This document shows, one piece after another, positions 53,486-64,000 of a stretch of 64,000 bases of DNA. The notes under the pieces are model-generated. The model was given only the letters and a program-made list of their open reading frames with translations. It did not search any database and was not told the DNA's origin. Every line of letters starts with the position of its first letter. The first letter of the stretch is position 1. The translations under genes and the position numbers were made by a program. This DNA is from Alphaproteobacteria bacterium (GTDB lineage: Bacteria > Pseudomonadota > Alphaproteobacteria > GCA-2731375): positions 7,168,001-7,232,000 of the forward strand of contig CBDDPY010000002.1 of NCBI GenBank assembly GCA_965232515.1, in the 5' to 3' direction.

Positions 53486-55297
53486 TCATGGCGTCCGACA
53501 CCACCAGAAATCGGTCGCGCTGCCATATCCCGGCGCCTCGGGCAGCGGTACGACTTTGTCGGTCCGGTAGGCATAGCGGCGGTGGCGGCTTTGGAAACCG
53601 GGCACGGCGTAGTGGCCCCACTGCAGGGCGCGGTCGAGCAGACGCGCGGCGCGGACGCGGGCAGCATGGTCCGGCGCCGTCACCAGGGCGGTGAGAAAGT
53701 GGTCGACTGCCGGATTGTCGATCCCCAGCTTGTTGCCGCCGTCGGGGTGGACGTCGGCGCTGCCCCATAGCCTCAGTTGCTCGCGACCCGGAATCTGCGC
53801 CGGGATGTAGAAGCGGTAGACGACCTCGAAATCGCCGTCGGCAAGCCGGCTCTGATAGCTGGCCGGGTCGGCGATCCGCAGGCGGGCCTCGATGCCAAGC
53901 CGTCGTAATTGTTCCGCCCAGGCGCCGAACAGCACCTCCTGACTGTCCGAAAACGCCAAGGCGGAGAAGTCCATGCGGCGCCCGTCCCGCAACCGCCGCA
54001 GCTTTGTCGTCGCCGGGTCGGCTTCCCAGCCGGCCTGTTTCAACAGAGCGGCGGCGGCGCGGAGCTGCCGCCGGGCGCCGTCGGGCAGATCCGCATCGGC
54101 CGGCGCGAAGGCGTCGTCGTAGGCTTCCGGCGGGAACGATTGCGGAAAACGCCGCATGACCGACCGCTCGATCGCGTCCGGCGGCTCGCTGGCGGCATAG
54201 ACGCTGTTTTCGAAATAGCTCGCCGTGCGTTTGAAGCCGCCCATCAGCATGGTCCGGTTGACCCATTCGAACGGCATCAGCATTGAAAGCGCCTGTCGCA
54301 CCCGGACATCGGCGAACCGGTCGTCGCGCAAGTTGAAGAAGAATCCGTTCATGCCCATCGGCCACCAGGCATCGTAGGCGACCGTCGCGATTCCGCCGTT
54401 GCTGTCCGACACCTGATCGGCGGCCGTCGCCCAGCGCCGCAGATCGGCAATCTCATAGATATCGGTGTCGCCCTTCAGGAAGGCGACGAGTTCCGTGGTG
54501 GTGTCGAGATAGACCTCGAAGGCGACACGCTCGAAATTGTGCGCGCCGCGTCGTGTCGGCAGATCGTCGGCCCAGTAGTCGGCGACCCGCTGCCAGACCA
54601 TCCGGCGTTGCGGTTCGACCTCGACGATGCGGTAGGGGCCGGAGCCGAGAGGCGGGTCGAGCGTGGTGGCGGCGAAGTCACGCTCGCGCCAATGGTGTTC
54701 CGGCAGGATCGGCATGCCGCCAAACGCCAGCAGCGCGACGCCGTCGACGGGTTCCTGGAAGGCGATCCTTACCGTTCGGTCATCGGGCGCGGTGACCTCG
54801 GCATGTCGCAGCAACGCACGCCAGAACGGTCGCGCGTGTTCGCGGAACAGCGCCGCGGTGAACACCACATCCGCCGATGTGATCGGCCGCCCATCGTGAA
54901 ACCGGGCCTCGCGGCGAAGCGCAAATGTGGCGGACTGGCGATCCTCCGCGGCGTCGATGCTGGCGGCGACCAGGCCATAACCGGTCATGGGTTCGGACGG
55001 CGATTCCGTCAGCAAGCTGTCGTAGAGCCAGTAGTAGACGCTGAGCGGCGATCGTCCCTTGAGGATCCAGGGGTTCAGCGAGTCGAAGCCACGCCGCAAC
55101 GACATCCGAAGCGTGCAGCCGCGCGGCGCGTCGGCGTTAGCGAAGGCGTAATGGGCGGCGTCGGGTCCGTAGCGCGGTTGGCCACCATCGGCGACGTAGG
55201 CGTGGCGTGGCGATGCCGTCGACGATACCGGCGCGGCCATCGCCGCAAGCGCCAGGGTCAGCCAAGCGCTCTGCACGAGGGATCTGTTCCAAAACAT
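53486..55297 (-). CDS. ABC transporter substrate-binding protein, family 5 (YejA-like)
   Basis: Signal peptide, N.DAP.G, FDSLNP.ILKG, ARFHDG.PIT..DV.F, PLGSGPY and F.D.RVRQAL. Confidence 0.88.
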   Translation of the reverse strand: MFWNRSLVQSAWLTLALAAMAAPVSSTASPRHAYVADGGQPRYGPDAAHYAFANADAPRGCTLRMSLRRGFDSLNPWILKGRSPLSVYYWLYDSLLTESPSEPMTGYGLVAASIDAAEDRQSATFALRREARFHDGRPITSADVVFTAALFREHARPFWRALLRHAEVTAPDDRTVRIAFQEPVDGVALLAFGGMPILPEHHWRERDFAATTLDPPLGSGPYRIVEVEPQRRMVWQRVADYWADDLPTRRGAHNFERVAFEVYLDTTTELVAFLKGDTDIYEIADLRRWATAADQVSDSNGGIATVAYDAWWPMGMNGFFFNLRDDRFADVRVRQALSMLMPFEWVNRTMLMGGFKRTASYFENSVYAASEPPDAIERSVMRRFPQSFPPEAYDDAFAPADADLPDGARRQLRAAAALLKQAGWEADPATTKLRRLRDGRRMDFSALAFSDSQEVLFGAWAEQLRRLGIEARLRIADPASYQSRLADGDFEVVYRFYIPAQIPGREQLRLWGSADVHPDGGNKLGIDNPAVDHFLTALVTAPDHAARVRAARLLDRALQWGHYAVPGFQSRHRRYAYRTDKVVPLPEAPGYGSATDFWWCRTP

Positions 55298-55330
55298 GCG
55301 GCAAGTCTATGGCGTCACTCTCGCTGTGTA

Positions 55331-55349
55331 AATGCGATTGACTCGCATT
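55331..55349. promoter_or_regulatory. Fur-type 19-bp iron box
   Basis: AATGCGA-TTGAC-TCGCATT palindrome in the divergent SBP/TonB receptor promoter region. Confidence 0.75.
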
Positions 55350-55383
55350 CGCATAATCAGCAAAGATCGCTTCCGAAACTAAT

Positions 55384-55402
55384 AATAAGAATCATTCGCA
55401 TT
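55384..55402. promoter_or_regulatory. Second Fur-type box
   Basis: AATAAGAATCATTCGCATT within an AT-rich patch with further overlapping ATT(C/G)(G/T)CA units. Confidence 0.7.
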
Positions 55403-55478
55403 TTAATTCTCATCGCAGCCTCCCGGGTGGAGAGGCGGTGAGAAGGGGCGTGTTCGGGTAAGAAGAGGGGGATCTGAC

Positions 55479-57797
55479 GTGACATTGCACTTACCGCGCC
55501 TGGCGGGGCGGATATGCCTGATCGGTTTGACCGCAATCGGCATGATTAATTCGGCGGTGGCACAATCGTCGGCCGACAACGAGGCGGACGCGGAAGCGAA
55601 GGCCGATGTCGTGGTCTTGCCGCCGATCACGGTTACCGCGACCCGCCGCGAGAAGACGCTGTTCGAGACGCCGTCGAACGTGACCGCCGTGACCGGCGAA
55701 GAGCTCGAGCGCCGAATGGACAACACGGTCGAGGAATTGTTCCGCTACGAGCCGGGTATCGAGGTGCCGCGGCAATCGAGCGGAACCGATCCGTTCAACA
55801 GTTCGGGCGGCATTCAGATCCGCGGTGTCGGCGGCAATCGGACGCAAGTGTTGGTCGACGGCAATCGCACGATCGAGCGCATTACGGATTCGACCCGCGA
55901 CGTGGTCGACGCCAACGCCGTGAAGCAGGTCGAGATCGTGCGCGGGCCGGGATCGGTGCTGTGGGGCAGCGACGCGCTGGGCGGCGTCGTCAACTTCATC
56001 ACCAAGGACCCCGACGACTACCTGCTGAGCGACCGCAACTGGGCCGTCGAAGGCAGCGCCAGCTATGCGACCGTGGATGACGCTTTCATCGAGACCGTCG
56101 CCGGCGCCTATCGCTTCAATGACGCCTTTGCCGCGTCGCTGAGCTACACCCGGCGCGACGCCGGGGAGATCGACCTGTCCAATGCCCGGACCGGCGACGA
56201 TGCCATTCAGCCCTGTCCGCGCAATCCGGAAGCCACCCAATGCGATGAGTTCGATCCGACGGATATCGACTCGAACAATGTCCTGGGCAAGCTGGTCTGG
56301 GATGTGTCGCCCGACAACCGACTGCGTTTCACGGGCGAGTTTTTCGACCGCATCACGGATGTCGATCAAAACTCCGTTCTGGGCCCGTCGACGAACTTCC
56401 TCGGCATCGTCACCTCCGACATCGAGAGCTTCGAGCGTGAACAGGAGATCCGCCGATGGCGGGCGTCGATCGATCAGGATTGGGACATCGGTTTAAGATT
56501 GGTCGACAATGTTAAGTGGCAACTCACTTATTCGCCGCAGGAGGTGAACCGGTCGGGTGATCGCTTGCGCACGCTGGTGCCCAGCGGCGAGGATGAGCGG
56601 CGGCGCGACTCGCTGGACTATTCGGAAGATTTCTACGAGGCCGACATCCAGTTGATCTCTTCGTTCGATGTCATCGGCAGCCGGCACACGCTGACCTATG
56701 GCTTCGACGGCGACTATCAAGAGACGGACTACGAGCGGGTCGATGTGACCACCAACCTCACTACCGGCGTCACGACCACGGCACGCGCCGGCGGATTCAA
56801 TTTCGCCAATGCGACGACACGCCGTGCCGACGCCTATCTGCAGGACGAGATCGAGCTGTTCAACGGCCGTCTGCTTCTGGTGCCGGGCGCGCGTCTCGCC
56901 TACTACAAGATCGAGCCGGACCCGGACGCCGATTACGAGATCGTGCCGGGAGCCGAGCCGCGCGACATCTCGGAAACCGACCTCCAGTTCAAATTCGGCG
57001 CCGTGGTTGACGTCTGGGGGCCGATCTCGGTCTATGGCCAATACGCCGAGGGCTTTAAGATGCCGACCGCCCAGCAGTTGTTCCAATCGCTGGACAGCCT
57101 GCCGTTCTTCGCCCTGGTGCCGAACGCGAACCTGGAGCCGGAAAGCGTGGAGAGCTACGAGGCGGGCGTGCGCGGCGACTTCGGCGGCCGCGGCTTCTTC
57201 TCGGTGAATGGCTTCTTCGCCGACTACACCGATTTCATTCGAAATTTCGTCGAGGTCGACGACCCGACGGTGTTCGGACTGCCGGCGACGGCACAGACAC
57301 TGACTTACGACAATGTCGACAAGGTCGAGGTCTATGGCATCGAGGTCGCCGGCGGTTGGCGGTTCAACGAACGCTTTTCGGTCCGTGCCGCCGCATCGCA
57401 TCAATGGGGCGAGGAGGAGAACGACGGCGCCGAGAGCGAGTTCAACGGCGCTTTGCCGCTCGGCGCCGTGGTCGGGCTGCGCTGGGATGAACGGCGCTAT
57501 GGCTTGAGCGTCGAGTTCGTCGGCAATTTCCAGATGGATGCCAACGACGTGGATGATCCGGAAACCGAGTTCCAGCCCGACGGCTATGCCGTCTTCGACA
57601 TCATTGCCGAGTGGGAGATCCATCCAAACGCGATCTTGCGCGGCGCCGTCTACAACCTGTTCGACAAGCGCTATTTCGGTCCGGAGACCGTCGGCCATCC
57701 GATAAACCGCACCGACGACATCTTGCGCACCAACCCGGTCGAGCTGCAGAGCGCGCCCGGCATCAACGCCAAGGTCGGCCTGTCGCTGCGGTGGTGA
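55479..57797 (+). CDS. TonB-dependent receptor, haem/haemoglobin-like family
   Basis: TonB box ITVTAT, plug IRG...VLVDG and RGPGSVLWGS.ALGGVVN, FRAP/NPNL-like FKMP...NANLEPE, NLFDKRY and C-terminal W. Confidence 0.88.
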   Translation: MTLHLPRLAGRICLIGLTAIGMINSAVAQSSADNEADAEAKADVVVLPPITVTATRREKTLFETPSNVTAVTGEELERRMDNTVEELFRYEPGIEVPRQSSGTDPFNSSGGIQIRGVGGNRTQVLVDGNRTIERITDSTRDVVDANAVKQVEIVRGPGSVLWGSDALGGVVNFITKDPDDYLLSDRNWAVEGSASYATVDDAFIETVAGAYRFNDAFAASLSYTRRDAGEIDLSNARTGDDAIQPCPRNPEATQCDEFDPTDIDSNNVLGKLVWDVSPDNRLRFTGEFFDRITDVDQNSVLGPSTNFLGIVTSDIESFEREQEIRRWRASIDQDWDIGLRLVDNVKWQLTYSPQEVNRSGDRLRTLVPSGEDERRRDSLDYSEDFYEADIQLISSFDVIGSRHTLTYGFDGDYQETDYERVDVTTNLTTGVTTTARAGGFNFANATTRRADAYLQDEIELFNGRLLLVPGARLAYYKIEPDPDADYEIVPGAEPRDISETDLQFKFGAVVDVWGPISVYGQYAEGFKMPTAQQLFQSLDSLPFFALVPNANLEPESVESYEAGVRGDFGGRGFFSVNGFFADYTDFIRNFVEVDDPTVFGLPATAQTLTYDNVDKVEVYGIEVAGGWRFNERFSVRAAASHQWGEEENDGAESEFNGALPLGAVVGLRWDERRYGLSVEFVGNFQMDANDVDDPETEFQPDGYAVFDIIAEWEIHPNAILRGAVYNLFDKRYFGPETVGHPINRTDDILRTNPVELQSAPGINAKVGLSLRW

Positions 57798-57828
57798 CCG
57801 GCGGCCCTGGCGATACTATGTTTGTCGC

Positions 57829-58314
57829 ATGCGCGTTCTGGTCGTCATCTGCTGTCTCGCCGTTGGCCTCTGGGCTGCGACGGCGCGCGCCGCCGTCGAC
57901 GTCGTTTTCGTGCTGCCGGAGCAGTATCTCGATGCCGGTCTGTTCGACCGATTGCGGCGCGCCGATAGGGACATCACTCTTGATCGGCTTCGTCGACATC
58001 TTGAAGCCCTCGGTGCACGCGACCTGACGCCAACACAGACGCTGACCATCGAGGTGCTGGACATCGACCTGGCCGGCGAACTGCGGTGGTGGGGCGCCGG
58101 CGAGGTACGGGTGCTGCGTTCGATCAACTGGCCCAGGATCAAGCTGAGATACACGTTGGTGCGGGATAACGAGGTCGTTCTCCGCGGCGAAGAGCTGGTA
58201 TCCGACCGTGCGTATCTGATGCGGCCGTCGCTGCGACGTTCGCGCGATCCATTGCGCTACGAGAAAGCGATGCTGGACGACTGGTTCCGCCGCCGCTTCA
58301 ACACCGCCGGCTAG
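57829..58314 (+). CDS. DUF3016-like exported protein
   Basis: Signal peptide, PE.Y.D, DIDLAG, WPRI.L.Y and LRYEK.ML.DWF. Confidence 0.8.
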   Translation: MRVLVVICCLAVGLWAATARAAVDVVFVLPEQYLDAGLFDRLRRADRDITLDRLRRHLEALGARDLTPTQTLTIEVLDIDLAGELRWWGAGEVRVLRSINWPRIKLRYTLVRDNEVVLRGEELVSDRAYLMRPSLRRSRDPLRYEKAMLDDWFRRRFNTAG

Positions 58315-58316
58315 CC

Positions 58317-58360
58317 AAGAAAAAAGCCCCCGGCCGATGCCGGCCGGGGGCGGTTGTTTT
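58317..58360. terminator. Bidirectional rho-independent terminator
   Basis: 11-bp stem GCCCCCGGCCG-ATGC-CGGCCGGGGGC flanked by an A-run and a T-rich tail, between convergent genes. Confidence 0.85.
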
Positions 58361-58384
58361 CAGTAATCGAACGCGATTGCCGCG

Positions 58385-60679
58385 TCAGGCCTTTTTCAGG
58401 TCCTCCGGCGTCACCGGCAGGTGCCGGATCCGCTTGCCGGTCGCGTTATAGATCGCGTTGATGAGCGCCGGCGCATAGGGCGGCACGCCCGGCTCGCCGA
58501 CGCCGCAAGGCTTCAGATCGACGAAGTCCTCGACGATATGCACCCGGACGTCCAGCGGCGCGTTCGCCATCCGGGTGACCGGATAGTCGTGGAAGTTGCT
58601 CTGATCGACCGCGCCGTTCGTCGTGGTGATCTTGCCCGCCCGCGCGACGGAGTTGCCGTAGACGGCCGCTCCCTCGATCTGCTTGCGGATGCCTTCCGGG
58701 TTGACGTAGCGGCCGCAATCGACGGCCATGTCGACCTGCGGGATGTGCAGGGTGCCGTCGTCACGGACCACCACGTGCACCGCCGCGGCCACGTAGCTGT
58801 GGAACGACCGGTGCACGGCAAGGCCCAGGCCGTGGCCCTTGGGCAGCGACTTGCCGTAGCCGGATTTCTCAGCCGCCACACGCAACGTGTTCGACAGCCG
58901 GTTCGGCATGATCGGCCAGTCCTCGATGGAGTCGCCGTAGTTCCAGTACTCCTTGACACCGTCCTTGGCGAGATCCATCTCCTCCTCGTCGCCGATCATC
59001 TCGAGCATGACCTCGAGCGGATCGCGGCCGGCCGCTTCCGCCACTTCCCACGCGAAGCAGTTCTGCGCGAAGGCGTGCTGGATGTTGTTCACCGACCGGT
59101 ACCAGCCGACGCGGATCATGACGTCGGCTTCGCCGTTCTCGATGCGCATGTTCGGCACTTCGTGATACGGCGTATCGATCAGGCCGAGGCCGTACTCGAT
59201 CCCGAAACCGGTCTTCTGCGCCGGATTCCACAGACCCAGGATCGACGGCCAGGCGCCGCAATGGTGCCATGCCGTAACCTTGCCCGAGGCATCGATGCCG
59301 GCTTTCATGCAGTGGGCGCTGGCGGTGTGGTAATAGCCGTTCTGGATCTCGTCCTCACGGGTCCACTGCACGCGCACCGGCGCGCCGACCATCTTCGACA
59401 GGATCGCCGCTTCGCAGGCAAAGTCCGGCTTGGACTTGCGGCCGAAACCGCCGCCCAACAGGGTGACCTGACACTCGACTTCCGCCTTATCGATGCCGAG
59501 CGCCTCGCCGACATATTGCCGGGTCTCGTTCGGCGACTGGGTCGAGGTCCAGATCTGCACCGGCCTGACATTGGCGTCGACGATCGCGGCCGGCGGCTCC
59601 ATCGGCGTGTGGATGAAGTAGGGCACGAAGTAATCGGCCTCGACCACCTTGGCCGCCGCCTTCAGCGCCGTGTCGACCTGACCGCGTTCGCGGATCACAT
59701 GGCCGCCGTCCTTCGCCGATTGTCGCAGCTTGTCGTCATAGGTGCTGGAATCGTGCGCCGCGTTGGGGCCGGGATCCCATTCGATCTCGAGCGCCCGACG
59801 GCCTTCCAACACCGACCAGGTGTTGGTGCCGACCACGGCGACGCCGCCCAAAGCCCGGAACTCGGCCGCCTTGTCGTCGGCCAGCGCCGGGATCTCGACG
59901 ACCTGCTCGACGCCCTGGATCTTCAGGGCCTCGGTGGCGTCAAACGACTTCACCTTGCCGCGATAGACGGGCGACCGGGCGATCACGGCGATCTTCATGC
60001 CGGGGATCGAGATATCGGCGCCGTAGTTCGCGCCGCCGGTCGAGATGTCGTAGTTGTCGATATTCGGCAGGTCCTTGCCGATGTACTTCCACTGCGACTT
60101 GTCCTTGAGCCGCGGCTTCGGCGCCGCTTCGCCGGAGGGAATGTTGATCTCGGCCGCGACATCGACGACTTCGCCGAAATCGAACGAGTTGCCCGTTCCG
60201 GTGTGATAGATCCGGTGGTCCTTGGCGTAGACCTCGCTCGGATCGACGCCCCATTTCTTCGCCGCCGCCTGTTCCAGGACATAGCGGCCGGCCGCGCCGA
60301 TCTCGCGCATGACGTCGAAGTGATGACGCGTACTGCGCGAGCCGTCGGTGTTCTGACCGTCCTTGCCGGCGGGATCGTACTTCTCCGGGTTGCCCGGCGC
60401 CTGCCAGATCTTCACCCGGTTCCAGTCGGCTTCCAGCTCGTCCGCCAGCATCATCGGGATGCCCGTGCGCACGCCCTGGCCCATTTCGGACCGGCTGCAG
60501 GTCAGCGTGACGATGCCCGAGGCATCGATTCGGATGAAGACGTTCGGCTGCACCGACGTCGCCGCCAGCGCGCTGCCGATCAGCGAGCCTGGCGCCATCT
60601 TCGCGCCCAGCACCAGGGCAGTGGTCGCGCCGGCGCCTTTCAGGACGTTCCGACGGCTGAGATTTTCGATCATCGACAT
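58385..60679 (-). CDS. Xanthine-oxidase-family molybdoenzyme large subunit (isoquinoline 1-oxidoreductase beta/IorB-like), Tat signal
   Basis: SRRNVLK, SEMGQG, TDGSRS, GGGFGRK, WTREDE and GVGEPG. Confidence 0.9.
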   Translation of the reverse strand: MSMIENLSRRNVLKGAGATTALVLGAKMAPGSLIGSALAATSVQPNVFIRIDASGIVTLTCSRSEMGQGVRTGIPMMLADELEADWNRVKIWQAPGNPEKYDPAGKDGQNTDGSRSTRHHFDVMREIGAAGRYVLEQAAAKKWGVDPSEVYAKDHRIYHTGTGNSFDFGEVVDVAAEINIPSGEAAPKPRLKDKSQWKYIGKDLPNIDNYDISTGGANYGADISIPGMKIAVIARSPVYRGKVKSFDATEALKIQGVEQVVEIPALADDKAAEFRALGGVAVVGTNTWSVLEGRRALEIEWDPGPNAAHDSSTYDDKLRQSAKDGGHVIRERGQVDTALKAAAKVVEADYFVPYFIHTPMEPPAAIVDANVRPVQIWTSTQSPNETRQYVGEALGIDKAEVECQVTLLGGGFGRKSKPDFACEAAILSKMVGAPVRVQWTREDEIQNGYYHTASAHCMKAGIDASGKVTAWHHCGAWPSILGLWNPAQKTGFGIEYGLGLIDTPYHEVPNMRIENGEADVMIRVGWYRSVNNIQHAFAQNCFAWEVAEAAGRDPLEVMLEMIGDEEEMDLAKDGVKEYWNYGDSIEDWPIMPNRLSNTLRVAAEKSGYGKSLPKGHGLGLAVHRSFHSYVAAAVHVVVRDDGTLHIPQVDMAVDCGRYVNPEGIRKQIEGAAVYGNSVARAGKITTTNGAVDQSNFHDYPVTRMANAPLDVRVHIVEDFVDLKPCGVGEPGVPPYAPALINAIYNATGKRIRHLPVTPEDLKKA

Positions 60680-60681
60680 GG

Positions 60682-61134
60682 TCACACCTCCTGCGCGGCT
60701 TCGCGGACCGCCGCAAAGATGCGCTGATAGGTGCCGCAGCGGCAGATGTTGCCGTCCATGCCCTCGACGATCTGCTGATCCGTCGGGTCCGGATTCTCGT
60801 TCAGCAAGGCCGCGGCCTGCATGATTTGGCCGGACTGGCAATAGCCGCATTGCGGCACGTTCACGTTCCGCCAGGCGCGCTGCACCGGATGATTGCCCTC
60901 GGGGTCAAGGCCCTCGATGGTCGTGACCTCTTTGCCCTCGGCTTCGGACACGGCCGTAATGCAGCCGCGCACGGCTTCGCCGTCCACATGCATGGTGCAG
61001 GCGCCGCAAAGACCGGTGCCGCAACCGAATTTGCTGCCGGTCAGCTTCAGTTCGTCGCGGATGAACCAAAGCAGGGGCATCTCCGGATCGCCATTGAACT
61101 GGCGAACCACACCGTTTACCCGTAATTGAATCAT
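60682..61134 (-). CDS. 2x[2Fe-2S] small subunit (IorA-like)
   Basis: [18 protein letters not shown] and NICRCG; GGGAGG RBS before ATG 61134. Confidence 0.92.
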   Translation of the reverse strand: MIQLRVNGVVRQFNGDPEMPLLWFIRDELKLTGSKFGCGTGLCGACTMHVDGEAVRGCITAVSEAEGKEVTTIEGLDPEGNHPVQRAWRNVNVPQCGYCQSGQIMQAAALLNENPDPTDQQIVEGMDGNICRCGTYQRIFAAVREAAQEV

Positions 61135-61492
61135 TATTTCCCTCCCGTAGTGTACGGAACGGCCGCGCGCCATTGCCGGTCGTCCCGATTCACTTGCTGC
61201 CGATTATTTGGAGTGTCGCGGCTTGGGCTCGTGCCAAGCCATGGGGTAGCGCGGCCCGTGGATCCATCCCCACGCGCATTTTTGGCCACAAACGTGGCTG
61301 ATCTTTTCTTCTCAATTACCCCATTGTGACAATAGCAAACACCAATCCGGCGGTGACGGCCAGCCAAAAAGTTAACGGCCGCGCCGTCGCTTTCCGTCAT
61401 GGACGACGTCGCGCGCCCGGCTTAGATATGAGGGGACTGGTCGCCATATGCTGAATGGCGGCCGAGACAATGCAAACCGGGAGTAGACGGAC

Positions 61493-62698
<1,206 letters not shown>

Positions 62699-62713
62699 CC
62701 CGGGGTCTCTGCC

Positions 62714-63580
62714 ATGCGCGACTTCAACGAGCATACCGCCACCGAGGCGGTGCTGGCGCGCCTCGCCGACTGTCCCGACGCGCGCCTGAAGCAGGTGATG
62801 ACCAGCATTATCACCCACCTGCATGCCGTCGTGCGCGAGGTCGAGCCGACGGAAGCGGAGTGGATGGCGGCGATCGAATTCCTGACCACAACGGGCCAGA
62901 TCTGTGACGACAAGCGGCAGGAGTTCATCCTGCTGTCGGATACGCTCGGCGTCTCGATGCTGATCGACGCGATCAACCACCGCAAGCCGCCGGGCGCCAC
63001 GGAATCGACCGTGCTGGGGCCCTTCCATGTCGACGGCGCCGAGGTGCTGCCGCACGGCACCGATATCTGCAAGGACGGCAAGGGCGAGCCGCTAGTGGTG
63101 TCCGGCCGCGTGCTCGACCCGGCGGGCGCGCCCATCGAGGGCGCGGTGCTGGACGTCTGGCAGACATCGTCCGAAGGCTTCTACGACATCCAGCAGCCCG
63201 GCGTGCAGCCCGACATGAACCTGCGTGGCAAGTTCGTCACCGACGCCAAGGGGCAATTTCATTTCCGCTCGGTCAAGCCCTGCAGCTACCCACTGCCGAC
63301 CGACGGACCGGTCGGCAAGCTGTTGGACCGGCTCGAACGGCATCCCTACCGGCCGGCGCATATCCATTTCATCGTCTCGGCCGACGGCTACGCGCCGGTG
63401 ACGACGCATCTATTCGTCGAGGGCGACGACTATCTCGATTCCGACGCCGTGTTCGGCGTGAAGGATTCCCTGGTCGTGCCGTTCGTGAAGGATGACTCGG
63501 CCGAGCGCGCGGCCGAGCATGGCGTCACCGCGCCGTTCTATACCGTCGACCACGACTTCGGGCTGGCGCCCGCGGCCTGA
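62714..63580 (+). CDS. Intradiol ring-cleavage dioxygenase (hydroxyquinol/catechol 1,2-dioxygenase type)
   Basis: RQEFILLSD.LG, TVLGPF, G.YD, YP.P.DGP, RPAHIH and SDAVFGVK. Confidence 0.9.
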   Translation: MRDFNEHTATEAVLARLADCPDARLKQVMTSIITHLHAVVREVEPTEAEWMAAIEFLTTTGQICDDKRQEFILLSDTLGVSMLIDAINHRKPPGATESTVLGPFHVDGAEVLPHGTDICKDGKGEPLVVSGRVLDPAGAPIEGAVLDVWQTSSEGFYDIQQPGVQPDMNLRGKFVTDAKGQFHFRSVKPCSYPLPTDGPVGKLLDRLERHPYRPAHIHFIVSADGYAPVTTHLFVEGDDYLDSDAVFGVKDSLVVPFVKDDSAERAAEHGVTAPFYTVDHDFGLAPAA

Positions 63581-63626
63581 ACCGATGTGCTAGGATTCTT
63601 CCCGCCAATGAAGCGGGGAGGCGACG

Positions 63627-64000
63627 ATGCGTATCGCGGTGCTGGTCAGCCAGGGGCAGCGCAACAAGGGTTATGACGTACCGGCCGAGCTGGTCGGCGC
63701 CGGCTTCGAGGCCGATGTCGTCGAGACCGGCATGCCGGTCTTCCCGCACAATCAGCTCGACCACACCCTGATGGAGGTCAGCACCATCGAGGGCGGCATG
63801 CGAGCGGCGGCCGCGGGATATGACGCCGTGTTCCTGAATACCATCGGCGACTACGGCCTTGCGGCATTACGGTGCGCCGTTCCGGTGCCGGTGGTCGGTG
63901 CCGGGCAGGCGGGCATGCAGATCGCGGCAGGCCTCGGGCAGCGCTTCGCCATTGTCACGATCTGGCCCGAGGCGCTGCGCTACCTCTACGAACAACTGGT
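63627..64000 (+). CDS. Asp/Glu/hydantoin racemase-family protein (truncated by window end)
   Basis: Hand translation from ATG 63627 (GGGGAGG RBS): ...GYDAVFLNTIGDYGLAALR.AV.VPVVG.GQA...A..LG.RFAIVT; open to the window edge. Confidence 0.75.
   Translation, partial: MRIAVLVSQGQRNKGYDVPAELVGAGFEADVVETGMPVFPHNQLDHTLMEVSTIEGGMRAAAAGYDAVFLNTIGDYGLAALRCAVPVPVVGAGQAGMQIAAGLGQRFAIVTIWPEALRYLYEQL

Overview
High-GC window that looks alphaproteobacterial (RpoH, FnrL-type and ClpA sequences, gene content). It is densely coding, and I saw no rRNA, tRNA, CRISPR array or mobile element. Contents from left to right: (1) a Tat-exported Mo/W formate dehydrogenase operon with a TorD chaperone and a block of uncharacterised accessory genes (1-10946); (2) two tandem, divergent YrdC/Sua5-fold genes; (3) a glycosidase/glycosyltransferase/double-phosphoesterase/CheR operon; (4) an ~18 kb island (19.7-37.5 kb) in which almost every transcription unit has its own FNR/FixK-type TTGA-N6-TCAA box (10 perfect and 3 single-mismatch found by eye), containing an Fe-S FNR regulator, ppsA, Hsp20, an L,D-transpeptidase plus Lpp-like lipoprotein, an rpoH paralog, an acyl-CoA ligase, NfeD/slipin, an M28 peptidase, a PRTase/hydrolase pair and nnrS; (5) narK1-narK2-narGHJI-PPIase-hemerythrin; (6) clpA, a porin and a Fur-boxed haem/iron uptake locus; (7) an IorAB-like molybdoenzyme and the start of an aromatic catabolic cluster (pcaF, intradiol dioxygenase, racemase). 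The strongest candidates for a new system are the FNR-box-studded hypoxia island and the FNR-boxed glyco/phosphoesterase operon at its left edge. All family calls come from motif recognition, not database searches. Many start codons were moved downstream of the ORF-track starts using RBS evidence.
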